NCBI GenBank assembly: GCA_051362555.1
Contig: CM120643.1
Span: 23,564,848 to 23,628,847 of the forward strand
Origin: Lingula anatina
Lineage: Eukaryota; Animalia; Brachiopoda
Length of the DNA stretch: 64,000 nucleotides
Direction of reading: 5' to 3'
The notes under the pieces are model-generated. The model did not search any database. It saw nothing but the letters and a program-made list of their open reading frames with translations, and was not told the origin of the DNA. Both the position numbers and the translations under genes were made by a program. Below are positions 12,301-25,200 of this stretch, piece by piece (positions within the stretch are counted from its first letter, which is position 1; each line of letters starts with the position of its first letter).

Positions 12301-15300
12301 ACTTGCCACCTCCCCTCAATGCCATCCTTTTCAGGGATGTGAATAGCAGTTCAGAAAAAGGTTGGAATTTGTCCCTCTCTTCTCCTGTACATGCCCAGTT
12401 TTTAAACAAAAAGAACAATCTTGTCAATCTTGGCCCGTTTTCTTTTATTCTTTTCATATTAATATCAAAATGCATCCTAACCTGCAGCTCCTATTGCACT
12501 GAATGCCAGCTCCTTCATTCTCAAAGAGGCATCAGATGACAACACACTCAGCAACCGCTCCATCAGGACTGGGAGGTAAGGAAGAATATCCTTGCCTGAA
12601 GAATATTTGGTAAGACATAGAATTTAAAGGTTGTGTTTAGAACTTAATATCCTTGATACATGAGATGAGCTTGCTCTGCAAGTTATGCCTGGTTCTTTTC
12701 AATCTGTTCAATCTGAAACAATCTAAATAGCCCAGGGAGCCAGTAAAACCATGCAGCTGCATGCGTGGCCCTTAAAATTACTATCCAAAATTACAAATGT
12801 CAAGCATTTTTCCTGCTATAAGACACAGCAGGTATCAAATGTTAAAATGGGTTTATTGTTTAAAAACATGGAACAAAACCTGGCCTGAGTAAATTAAATC
12901 TCATTCGAATCTTAATACAAAACAACATTTATATTCTAAATTGATATGAAAAAACTTACCAAGATTTTCACAGAAGGTCTCCAAAGCAAAATAAGTTTTG
13001 ACCAGTCCCCCTGGGTTTTTGTCTGCTGAATTAATTGCCTTGTTGAGATAGTCAAATAGCAGGGGCAGAAGTTCCGAGGCATACTTGCTGATGTCTGGCT
13101 GTAAAATTGATCATTTATTAATCATACATATCAATATTTTGTGAATACACATTAATATTACTGAACATTACTTATAATAGTGAAAAAGGGGTGTAATCAT
13201 AAAATTGCCTTTTTGAATTTATAAACATTACAGGCATGTGTAATTTTGAAGCATACCCATTAATTATTATATCTCATAAACATTGTTGAACAGAACAATT
13301 TTCATAGCTCTGGAATGTCTGGTTTTCCCAGCTATTCTGGATTCTGATAAAAAATTTTATCTTGGCTACTACACAGTAGGCTTCAAAAAATACACAGACC
13401 ACATTCCACATGTTCTCTTCATACAATCTAAAACTTGTTATTTACTTTAATTCATGTGCCATGAATTTTAACTTTACTGGTTGGAACACAGTTGCCAAAA
13501 GTTTCACACCCACAACAAAAGATGTGAAGGGAGAGAAAGGGAGAGGAAATAAGTTCAAACCTGCTGAAAATGACCACTAACCTGTAGAAATTCACAGAAC
13601 TGTCCCAGGGCAAACATGGCAGCATTGGCCACCTGCTGGCTGTCATCTGTGATCCCTTTACATACACTCTGTAACAGTGGAGCCATCAGTCTGAAATGAT
13701 GGAAATGAAATTTTAGAGAAAACATGTAAATACTAAATATGTAAGTTTTAAAATTTGTTTAATATCCAATCTTACATTTTTGTTGGCAAATAGCTTGAAC
13801 TATTCAATGACATACCCTTTATGCTACAGTGGAAAGTCTTTCTTTCTTAAAAAATAATGAAAAGTACAAACATACATTTCTGACCATCTGAGATGGACTT
13901 TCGTTCATATCTTGATCTTTCATAAAACATTATATCCTAGAATAATAAGATCATTAAAGCTCTAAAAATTTCTGAACACTAGTCTAGGCTTAAATCATGC
14001 TTGACAGTGAAATGGAACACAATTTTTCATCATTTAGTAAATCTTACTTGTTCCTGATGTGGTCAGAGCATCCCTCTGTTATCACAGCCACTGTGATGAA
14101 AGCAGCTTTCCTCTCCTGGGGGTTCTGACTATGCAGAGCTGGTTCTACAAACCTCATCTAGCAGTGTAGTGATGAATGAAAATAATATTCACTTAAGTTT
14201 TGTGTTGAAAATACTTAAGCTTATCATTAATTTAGCGCTTATGTGAAAGAGAGGTCAAAATTCATATGCTGAATGGTTTGCTCAGACTGGAGATGGGGTG
14301 GTGAAGGAAGGGAAAAAAAGACTAATAGGCACACTGGGGTCCTCGTGGAAAAAATAAGAAAGAAACCATAGAAACTGCACCTTAAATGGCTGAAATGCCA
14401 TATATTGCCTTAATTTAATACAGTGGATGAAAGGGGGGGGGGACAAAACAGTTCTTTCTGGTTCAGCCAGAGAATACTTACAACATTTGGAATAAACTTC
14501 TCTGGGGGAAGATGTAGTGCCATCATATCCATAACCTGTAAGACAATAAAGATAGAATTTTAAAAAACTGCAAAAACATTTCTAAACTGCTAGGATTTCA
14601 GGGTACATCAAACATTACAATGTTCAATTCTGAACCAAGATTTATTTCCATTGATTTGTCTAAACACCATTCACCTTTTTTCTTCTACTTTTTTGTTTAC
14701 CTGTTCATTTCTTTGTTTATTTACTTATTTTATTGGTTTCTTTGTTTTTGTTAGTCCCCATCCCCCCACCATTGCCATTCTGATGCCTAACCTGTGCAGC
14801 ATATTTATTTGGTGTACTGGATTCACTCCCATATTCATCCTCCTCCTCATCTTCTTCCTCCTCCTCCTCTCCCTCCATGTGTTCCCCTCCTCCTCTCCCC
14901 TCCTGGTGGGGAGAACACATCACAGGGAACAGGACATTTAAGATGGGCTGGATCAGCTTGTGCTTGAGAAGTGCCTAAATAAATAATTCAATATTACAAA
15001 ATGAGTCTTCTTTAACCAGTACTTAAAAACAAAATGTTAAATAATTGTCATTCTTGAAAAATATAAAAACTATTGGCAGTCAAGGAATTTGGCTTCGTCT
15101 AGATATGGTTCACTTCTCTTGTCTTATAAAACCCATATTTGCACAAAATACAGTTTTAATAACTTTAAACAAAATGCCATTACTCAACAAACTGATATAC
15201 TAAAACATTTGACAAAGTTATTTTTATCTGCACATGAATTTTTAAAAATATAAGCATGTAATTTGCATACTTTTTTCTTGAGTCTTGTCAACCAGCTGAT

Positions 15301-15586
15301 GAAGGATAATGTTTTAATTCTGATGCTGTCTCCTAGCTTTTCATTAGCAGCTACCTGACAGAAAAACAAATCCAAGAATATTAACATGTACAAATCACAT
15401 AAAGATTTAGGTTTTCAATATACATATTTTTATTTCAAAAATCAATAAATATAACCCTTTGGTCTAATAAAACTAAAGGGGATGATTTATGATCCAGATA
15501 GGGTTCAAAATACGCAGTACTAGTACTTCAGTTGAAGGGGTAGTCTTTTAAGGTAACTATTACTACTAACACTTCATTTAATAATA

Positions 15587-15630
<44 letters not shown>

Positions 15631-18600
15631 AAATCTAAATGAAATCTAAATGGCACATTGTCACATTCGTTTATCAGTATACTTACCCTAAATGTCTTTG
15701 TTATAATATTATCATATATTGTGCATCAATCAGAGCGCACTTGTCTGGTTAATTATCAACATTTTCCACACAGCCTGTACCCTCACCTCCAGACAGAAGT
15801 CTACCATCCGTTTAAATTATCAACATTTTCCACACAGCCTGTACCCTCACCTCCAGACAGAAGTCTACCATCCGTTTAAATTATCAACATTTTCCACACA
15901 GCCTGTACCCTAACCTCCAGACAGAAGTCTACCATCAGTTTAAATTATCATTTTCCACACAGCCTGTACCCTCACCTGCAGACAGAAGTCTACCATCAGT
16001 TTAAATTATCAACATTTTCCACACACCCTGTACCCTCACCTCCAGACAGAAGTCTACCATCAGTTTAAATTATCAACATTTTCCACACACCCTGTACCCT
16101 CACCTCCAGACAGAAGTCTACCATCAGTTTAAATTATCAACATTTTCCACACAGCCTGTACCCTCACCTCCAGACAGAAGTCTACCATCCGTTTAAATTA
16201 TCAACATTTTCCACACAGCCTGTACCCTCACCTCCGGACAGAAGTCTACCATCCGTTTAAATTATCAACATTTTCCACACAGCCTGTACCCTCACCTCCG
16301 GACAGAAGTCTACCATCAGTTTAGATTATCAACATTTTCCACACAGCCTGTACCCTCACCTCCAGACAGAAGTCTACCATCAGTTTAAATTATCAACATT
16401 TTCCACACAGCCTGTACCCTCACCTCCAGACAGAAGTCTACCATCAGTTTAAATTATCAACATTTTCCACACACCCTGTACCCTCACCTCCAGACAGAAG
16501 TCTACCATCAGTTTAAATTATCAACATTTTCCACACACCCTGTACCCTCACCTCCAGACAGAAGTCTACCATCAGTTTGACATGGGGCACCATCACAGTG
16601 ACCTCACACTCCACCAGCTCATCAAATAACTCCAGAGCCTCACACGCCTGAGCCTGGGACAGAAGTAGAAAAAATATTATATATAGTAACAGTAGATTTT
16701 GAATAACTTCACCTGTTTGGAAAAAATTGTTCAGGAAGAGCCTAGTTCGGCAATGTGAATGTTAGTAATAAATTTTATTCATTGCCAAATGTATCAAAAA
16801 ATCCATTCTGCAAAGTGTGTTCAGGATAAACAAAATTCAAGCCATAATGTGATCAGTTATGCTGAATTAAAAAACTAAAAATGATAATGACTAGAGTCAG
16901 TGTCTGTGTGTGTGTGTGCAGGCATATGTGTTAGTGTGTGTGTGTGTGCCCATGTGTTCATGTATGTCTGCATTTTTTTTTTTGTGTAGGTAGGTGTGTG
17001 TGGTGTGTGCATGTTTGTCACTATTCAACATGCACTTACCTCATCAATTTGGATAAGCTGCCTTACAACTGTGAGAACCTTGGGTATCAAGTTTTGAAAC
17101 TGGTGCTGCAAAAATATCATAAAATTATAATACCATATTATTTTCAACTTCAGTATTGAATTAAAAGATGCCTTACTTGTAAAGGTGCATATCAATTTAA
17201 CTTATTAAATTTCTTCTTTAGGTGATTTACATAATATCACATATATTCATCTGGTATGATGCTTTTGAAAAATTACACATCAGTCCCTTAAAACTTTCCT
17301 TTTTTATAAACATACACCATATCTGAAACTACTGACAAAATTACCATTCATAAACCCAATTTTGAGTCCTAAGTTCCTAATTTTTCAGTCGCTATAATGA
17401 AGAAAGGGACTGCTGAATTTCATTCAAAGCAATAAAAACTTTAAAACTCGAAGAAAGATTTATACATAGTGGGTCATAATTTCTCTATAGTTTTGGATAG
17501 GATACACCTTTGTGATAAGGAGAAAAGATTTAAGTATGCTAAACTTTATGAAGGACTAACATGCATTGTATGTCTTTAAGAAGACATTTCAACATACCAC
17601 TTCATCAGAACCAACTTGGAAGGCAAGATTGGTCATTGTCCTGAAGATTACAAAAAAGAGTGACAAGAATCTGAATTATGAAGATGCAATTTTTTATAGT
17701 AATGAAGAAGGGAATGCCATATTTTTCAGTATAATTCATAATTTTTGAGGAGGATTATTATGGCATTATTCGTTTACTATTCATTAAGAAAAAAAATATC
17801 ATATTCATTAAACAAGTAACAAAAAATGCTCATTTTTGATATATAAATCACAGCAACAAAATAGCTTCTCAAGGGACAGATCTTTCACTTACTGAATGGC
17901 AAAGAAAGGCACTGTTCTAGACTCTCTGTCCTCCAGAGCTGCTGAGAAGAGCAACATCATGGAACGCAGATGTGGTTTTAACTGTTCATGTGCCACAGAT
18001 GACACTGTGCTAAGGACAAACATGCCCACCTAGAAATTTAAGTTGTTTGATAAATATAATATTCACCATACATGACTTGCATGTCATAAAACATGGCGCA
18101 GAAAAGTTAATTTTCTTTACTAAACAGTCCTCTAACCAAATAATATACCACCAAATGTGATTAATAATGGAAATGACTATTAAGATGTTTACACATTGAC
18201 TGTGTTATATTTAAAGAAATGAGGCAAAATCTGTGAACTGATACTATTAAACTCAAGACAAGCATACCAGCTGAAAATCTGAAAAACACTGGAATTGTGT
18301 AATTTATGGTAAAGAAAACCAAATGCCTTATATCTTTTTCATTTTCCAGATTTATTATTGAACTATACTTAGAACTAAATAATTTGTTGTTGCTTTGACG
18401 ACCAAAACTAATTCTGTCACATCTTTTTCAGTATTTTATAAATAGTTTGAATATCATGAATAATATGGACATTTTTGCTTTTTAATTAATACCTCTCTTT
18501 CTTGCACATTTTCACTCTTAGTATACTGCTGGAGGAATTGGAAAAGCTGTGGCCACTTCCCAGAAGGAACATCATGCTTGGCTACTGCAGCCACAACTTG

Positions 18601-21482
18601 GGCCACAGAGTTCCGCACCAGCTTCTCTTGCTCCTGCAGCACCACCTGGAGGAGATTATCCCTCAAGCTGGAAGAAAGTAACACCTTATTTAATGATAAC
18701 AAAATTTCTAAAGTTTGTAAAAAAAATAATTGCTTGCACAAAAGAATTTATTTTAAAAAGAAATTAATTTTTTACATTGTCAAATTAAAACATTTCATCA
18801 TAAATGTACATATACCACTCACCTTTGCCTCACATTTTCTGGTACAGTCCTCCACTGCCTTGCCTTGGAAATTTTTCTTCTAAGCAACACAGCTGCATAC
18901 TGCCTTACCTGAAACACAACACAGCTTTTATTTATAAAAAAAAAGAAAATAAAAATCAGTTACAAAGTAAATGTAAGTTATCATTTTTATATATCATCAT
19001 GTGATCAGCCATGCTGGTATCCTAATGGCAAATGTAGCCTTTCACTTTTTTTCAACATTATCCCAGTGTTTCCCCTGCACTTAAATGAGCGAGGCGCCCG
19101 CCTCGATGATATTTGCAAGTGCCTCGCTGAAATTTGTCATAAGCACCGCCTCGCTGGACTATATGGAACAACAAAGTATATTTTCACTCATGCTAACTGA
19201 AAATTATATTTATTTCTAAGCAAATATGGCATTTTCTGTTTACATACGTAATCCCATGCTTCTGAGCACTTGATTTAGTAGTAACGGAAAGACGCATGCG
19301 CGTATGCCTAAAAATAACCAGCAGTTACTATCTCCCTGTGTGTGCCTCGTTTTCGCAGTTCTGTGCCTTATTTGAAGTATAAGAAACAGAGCGAAACGAG
19401 GCAACTGTTCTTGACACCATTTTATCACGTGTCAAGAATACACTTTCTCTATCACTTCATGTTCCGAAATTCAGACCGCCTGTTGTTTGTTTTTATAGTT
19501 TACGAATATTCACTGATAAAAAAAGGAGCAAATAAAGTGGACTTCGTTGATTTTATAAACTTGGAGAAGATTTTCTATTGATTTACGGGTGAGTTTTGTG
19601 AAAGCAGTAGCGTTGTAAAACTGGGTCACGTCAGTATTTCGCGTGATGAATTTCCATGACTGAATAGAACCATATAAATGAATAAACGAAGAACTAAAAT
19701 TGATGATAAGTGTGATTTTCATCTCTTTAATTCCGAAGAATTCATTTAACGGTGTTTGAAGTTGATTATAAATTACATCTCAAACTACGTATATAACTAG
19801 TAGCGGGAGTCGCTTTGCGCTGAACGACAAGAGAGAGAACTTTAATTTGCGGCAGTTTTATATTAGGATGAAGCGCTCCCACACGCAAAGTCAATTGACC
19901 AGTTACTTTCACAAGAATGTGAAAACGGTAAAAACAACATATTTTATCAACTTTTTGGTCAATTTAAAAATAATTCAATGTAGTAAGCCCTTTTTCTCGT
20001 TTCTTGTAAGTATTAAAGTAGTTAACTTTTTTTTTTTTTTTGGAAGTATTAACTTTTTTTTTTTTTTTTTTTTGAAAGAGTATGTTCTATAAACTGAAAA
20101 GGACTAAACTGAGTGAATGCACAGACTGGAAAATAAATTTTGTCCAAACCTTTGTTATGTCATTACTGAATTTACTCCTCAAAACATCTAAAACAAGACA
20201 ATTCAGTGCCAGATAAAATGTAAAAAAATCAGTTCTAAATACCCTAAAATGCACCAAATTGCACCTCGATTTAAAAAATTTTCTGGGGGGGCATGCCCCC
20301 GGACCCCCTAGTATTGCTGGGATCGCGGACTGCCTACCACCTCGCAGAGCTTGAAAGCCAGGGGAAACACTGATTATCCTATCGCTGTTTGGTTTAAAAA
20401 ATCAAAAAAAAAAAATTATTGGTCGTCATCTGTAATCACTGGAGTCGCTCTGTAACCACTTGATGTTGGTGTGAATAAATCACCAGTCTTTTATTGATGG
20501 TATCAAAATTTGCAAAAAAATCAAGGCACACTATAAATCAACCCTATTATAACCCTCTAAATGATGACTTTTCCTCTATTAGTGCATTCAGGGCAGATGA
20601 TCCGCAGACTAAGTAATCTGCTGACAAAATATGGTCAAACTCACTACAAAGCAAGCTGCCCTAATCCCCTAAAGGTCTCCCCCTCTCCATATGTGCCATT
20701 AAATAAACTGAATCTTGGCTCCGAGATTTATTTGCTGGGTCCCAGCAGCGACAGGGCTATGGAGGCAGGGAAACCATCAGGGGATTAGCAGCATGTATGC
20801 GTGTCTGCTTTGAAGTGGATCGGCCATATTTAGTCCGTGAATTTGTTAGACCGCATTCTCAACGAGTTGAGCCATGGCTCTACAAAGTCACGAACTAAAT
20901 ATGGCGGACATACATGAAAGGAAAAACACCTGATCTTTTAATAGTCTCTCCGCCTCTCACACGCCTCCCCATGCATCATCCCTGTGGGGGTACAGTCATT
21001 AAATCTCGACTCCATTGGGACGACACATGGGGAGGCGTGTGAGAGGCAGAGAGACTATTAAAAGATTAGGCGGTTTTCCTTTCATGTATGTCTGCCATAT
21101 TTAGTTTGTGACTTTGTAGAGCCATGGCTCAACTCGTTGTGAATGCGGTCTTAGTCTGCAGATCAACTTGTTTTGAATATGCTCTATCAGCACATTTTTA
21201 GCTTAATTTCTCAGTTAACCTTAATGCAAGGTCTATTATCTAAATTAATCTTCTTACCTGTGGGTTCTGTGATGTTCCAATGACTCCACAAAGAACTGGC
21301 ACAATGTTAGGATCTTTATAGAGTTGTTTTAATTGTTCTGTTGCCTGGAAAATATAATGAGAGTGTCCCAAAAGTAGAGCAGACTTGCACTTGATTATTA
21401 TGTGTACTGCATTAGTTCTGTATTCATGAAAGTGAAATATCTTTTTAACTTCTGTTAATGTAAACGTGCCCCCCCCCCCTCT

Positions 21483-21553
<71 letters not shown>

Positions 21554-21919
21554 GGGAGGGGGAAGGACGAGGGAGGGAGTGTGCACCTGCACCTTAGGAA
21601 GAATTACAGTAAAACTAAAAACCATCAAAACAACTTCGCTGTGTTATATCAGCCCATCGCACAGGTTTTAGCGACGCAATGGCAACTACAGGTATGCAAC
21701 AACACGTGTTGCATCAGGAACCAACACTAGCAGACGTTTCATGAAAACACCAGGATCAGGTCCCTTGATTAAAGACCAGAAAGCTAAACACAGAATATCA
21801 TAAAACAAAAACAGAGCTAGACATGTTGGTGTGTAGTGTATCATGCTTTTTACCTGTTTTATAGACGCATTATCTGGCACCAAAAGCTGGCATAGCACGC
21901 CTTCCAGTTCACATGCCAT
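5692..21919 (-). CDS. IPO4: Importin-4 (karyopherin beta family, HEAT repeats), 27 coding exons, about 1091 aa
   Basis: Exons 5' to 3': 21919-21854, 21344-21258, 18908-18823, 18667-18493, 18029-17893, 17640-17598, 17105-17040, 16653-16552, 15354-15271, 14974-14792, 14535-14482, 14157-14048, 13690-13582, 13098-12960, 12595-12482, 12078-11962, 11699-11464, 11091-10982, 10721-10644, 10201-10038, 9692-9499, 9045-8872, 8636-8428, 7579-7447, 6813-6709, 6454-6385, 5822-5692. All GT-AG, continuous frame, 3276 nt. Motifs LLVPDNASIKQAT, VRQYAAVLLRR, LHLPPEK, TFCENLG, DPDLRRCVYGLFA, ENAYLNEKEDAC, LPLKEDFEEN. Confidence 0.95.
6310..6342. repeat. (AC)n microsatellite in the last IPO4 intron
   Basis: Read directly from the sequence. 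Confidence 0.9.
8085..8341. mobile_element. Palindromic MITE in an IPO4 intron
   Basis: Ends AGGTTCATTCCC and GGGAATGAGCCT. Internal perfect inverted pair TGAATGCAATCAGTTT (8142-8157) and AAACTGATTGCATTCA (8254-8269). Confidence 0.6.
15751..16578 (-). repeat. Tandem minisatellite, 13 x 64 bp, built from the 3' end of IPO4 exon 8 plus its splice donor and adjacent intron
   Basis: Period 64 (one unit of 61). CCTCAC, the minus-strand donor GTGAGG, recurs at 15781, 15845, 15909 (variant CCTAAC), 15970, 16034, 16098, 16162, 16226, 16290, 16354, 16418, 16482 and 16546. The last copy is the real exon/intron junction. Confidence 0.95.
19064..20372. mobile_element. Non-autonomous hAT-like DNA transposon, 1309 bp, in IPO4 intron 2
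   Basis: Perfect 14-bp TIR CAGTGTTTCCCCTG / CAGGGGAAACACTG. 7-bp TSD ATTATCC at 19057-19063 and 20373-20379. CpG-rich interior, no transposase ORF. Confidence 0.85.
20580..21186. mobile_element. Old palindromic MITE interrupted by a younger MITE
   Basis: Left arm GATCCGCAGACTAAG...AAATATGGTC is inverted to right arm GCCATATTTAGTCCGTGAATTTG[TTA]GTCTGCAGATC once 20849-21153 is removed. Related copies at about 32173-32225 and 59786-59940. Confidence 0.65.
20849..21150. mobile_element. PIF/Harbinger (Tourist)-like MITE, 302 bp, nearly full-length palindrome
   Basis: Ends GACCGCATTC and GAATGCGGTC, inverted arms of roughly 125 bp, TTA TSD at 20846-20848 and 21151-21153. Confidence 0.85.
21486..21549. 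repeat. Compound (TG)n(AG)n microsatellite in IPO4 intron 1
   Basis: Read directly from the sequence. Confidence 0.9.
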
Positions 21920-22233
21920 GTTTGGCTCGAAGATATTTCAAATCTCCAAACTTAGAAGAGCACACGTGTTTTTAGTTCTCTGTCAGCTTCTTTTCTTCAA
22001 ATTAAGGCAAACTTATTGGATAAAGAAAAAATGATTTTACTTTTGATTGTACATTGCATTTAAAAAGGTACATTTTATTGTTTACAAAAAAAAGAGAATA
22101 AATATTGTCACGATGATGCACGAATGAAACTAGGTCAAGATGGTGGAAGGTGAAGAGTAAAAGTTGAAATCGACTGTTATTGTTTTGATTTTATAATTAT
22201 TCCATCATTGAAATCAAAATATTTTAGTAGAAA
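21920..22233. promoter_or_regulatory. Bidirectional promoter and 5'UTRs of IPO4 and NELFCD
   Basis: The divergent start codons are only 314 bp apart. YY1-like AAGATGG (about 22137) and AAAATGGC (NELFCD start). TSSs cannot be placed from sequence. Confidence 0.7.
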
Positions 22234-25200
22234 ATGGCAGATTACGATGAGGAGTCCATGTGGGATGATGAACCAGCGGTAAGATTTTTGTACTTTTTAC
22301 AGCAATTTATGAAATGAGATACCGGCTTGTGACCAGTGTAAACAAAGTTGACTTCACAATCACAGACTACATCATGTACATACATGTTTTACTTAACTAG
22401 TAATAATAGTAGTGCTTGTTGAAATTATCCCATATTTGAGGAGTTTTATTGTTTTTAAAGTCTTTATTAGGAAAGATGAACCACTTTGCAGGATATGACA
22501 ATGTAGGCAAAATTATACGCAGTTTTCAAATGCACAAAATATGTATGATATTGCAAACTTTTGTCTTCATTCTTACACATGTGCTCTTACTTCTGTCATT
22601 TTGTTTTATTCTGTTTGTGCTTTTGTAGACCTTCTTAGGGTCAGTGTATGATACATAGATCCATTCATATCATACCAGTTGGAGAGAGAATGTGTAAATC
22701 ACCCCAAAACATTTTAGCATAACAGTAAAAGCATATCCTAATTTAAGCCAACAAAAACTTTGTGCTAACTAGACAATGGCTCCTTTTGCCAAAAGCTTCT
22801 GAACTGTAAATTTGTGAGCTTGGACAATGGAAGGAATGCTTTATAGTAATTTAAGTTTACAATGATCACTGAAACCAGTACTTGTACTTACTAGACGACA
22901 CAGGAAAGCATGCTACTTAAGTTAGTACAATATATCAGCAATGAAAATTAATAAAGTGGATAATGATTTCCTTTTATTTTAAATTTCCTTCAGTCCCCAG
23001 AACATGAGGAAGAAGACAATGATGCCATCAGAGAAGAATGCTTGGAGGGTTTTGCCAGCAAAGACTACATTATGGAGACTGGGGTCTTTTACATGTTAAA
23101 AAGGTAACAGGCATGAGTATTTATACCCTGTACATCATGGGTGTTTCAGCTTCAATTACTAATAAGCATATCAGCAAAAGTATACCTGAATGATGAAAAT
23201 GTTTAAATTTGATGAGGAAAGGTAAATTTTTCTTCAGTTTTTGTCATGTGGATTTGGTTCAAATTTTTAATTGGGTTTATTTGATCCAGCTGAAAAATAA
23301 AACCATTTGTTTTACACTAAATTTTGGATGATTGATGCATTTCTGTACGTCTCAGCCTTTAATTTGCACTTTTAATCTTGGTTTTTCCCCATCAGCATTA
23401 ACTTCGTCATTAAGGTGCAGTTTCCTCCCTCAATTTTTAGATTTTTTATTAATTTCTTTCTTTAAGATAAAAGTAAGTTAATGTTTTACCCTCTGATGAA
23501 AATATTTATCATTCCAGGTATTTCAAAGCTGGTGGTGTCCCGGAGAAAGTTGTTGAGCTTTTATCTGATAACTACACTGCTGTAGCTCAGACAGCTAATT
23601 TACTGGCAGAGTGGTTGATATTAGCAGGTATCTAGATTTTCTGAGAAGTTGACTAAGAATATGATATTTGTTGAGGCTTATCTCACAACACTGAATGTGT
23701 GTAGAGTTTAACAGGAAGATAAAAGTGTTCGAGGCAGATTTTTACAAAGTTATTAAATTATCTGATTGTGATATCAGTATGTTTGTCCTTATAATTATTT
23801 TTCAATACAGTATGCTTAGTCTTATAGCCTTCAGTTTTCCAAACCTACAGTGAGATTACTATTAAAGTTTTAATAGTAAGAATAAAAACATAAGATTGAA
23901 AATTTACTTATTAGCAAGGAATTGTGTTGATAAGACAGAAAGGAAGGTTAGCTACTTTTCTGGCATTACTGAATTAAAATTTCTTCTTTATTAATCAGTT
24001 TGATTAATTGATATATTTATAAATCAATTCATGCTAGGTGTTGATATCAAAGAAGTCCAGGAGCTAGTGGAGCAGCACTTGAAACAGATGATCATCAAAC
24101 ATTTTGACCAGAAAAAAGCAGATTCCATTTTCACAGATGAGGGAGAGGTGTGTGGACATATCTACTAGTTTATAATTCATTTTATTAGTTGATTAATTCC
24201 TTATCTATATTTGTTTTATGCTCGGAGGGAAATATTTCCAAAATTTTAAGTTTTGTCTGGAGCCATGTGTGAAACCAATCATGAATATTAGCAAAAACGT
24301 AATCTGAAAACCATTTGAAATATTAGGACACATTTTTCATTGATTAAATTTATTTAAGTGTATTTACGAGATGGAGAGTACAAACAAGACTCATTGAAGA
24401 GCGTTTAACCTAAAATGTCATCTGTTTGTTATGATAGTTTTTTAAGTTAAAAATGAACTTGACTGTATGTAATTTTTCACAGACCCCAGGCTGGCTTGCA
24501 GAAATGATTGACCACCCCACGTGGAGAGACTTGTTTTATAAGCTTGCAGAGGAGTACCCAGACTGCCTTATGTTAAATTTTACCATTAAGGTACTAAGTG
24601 AAAGTTACAACAAGGCTCAAAAGATTTATGGGTAGTTTTGATAATTGTGAGGGAAACGTTGTTAAATTTTAAAAATAATGATTAAAGTTTCCAATGGTAC
24701 TGTGATTAGTTTGTTAAGTAAGAAGCTTCAAAGCTTGGGGTAGCATTAATTATGTCATATCTATAGAGTGATAATTAGCATCGATATCAGGTTTTTCTTA
24801 TGAAATTTTATTAGCTTAAATAAAATGTTTCAGGGTACTCAGTGTCTAGATATCAGTATATATTTATTATTATATCATGTTCCTGTCACTCCAGCTGATA
24901 TCAGATGCAGGGTACCAGGGAGAGATCACCAGTGTGTCCACAGCCTGTCATCAGATAGAGGTGTTTAGCAGGGTACTCAGGACCTCCATCTCAGCATTCC
25001 TAGAGGGAGGGGAGGAGGCCGTGGAGAAAAATTTAACCGAGTTTACAGTGAGTTTTATAACAGGGGGGGATTGGCGGGGGTGTCTCAAATCATAGAGTGG
25101 AATGTCGCTAAAAATAAGTTCAATATACTCTATGTATTCCGTTTTTTTCTTTCATTAAATTTGCTTTAATGGGGACAACTGTTTACATGGATTATCAGAA

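Noticed and set aside
14792-14900. Long acidic run in IPO4 exon 10
   Set aside because: Acidic HEAT-repeat loops are an expected importin-beta-family feature.
15751-16578. CRISPR-like appearance of the regular array, and plus-strand ORFs 15658-15913
   Set aside because: The units are contiguous and near-identical with no unique spacers, and the context is a eukaryotic intron. The ORFs are repeat translations.
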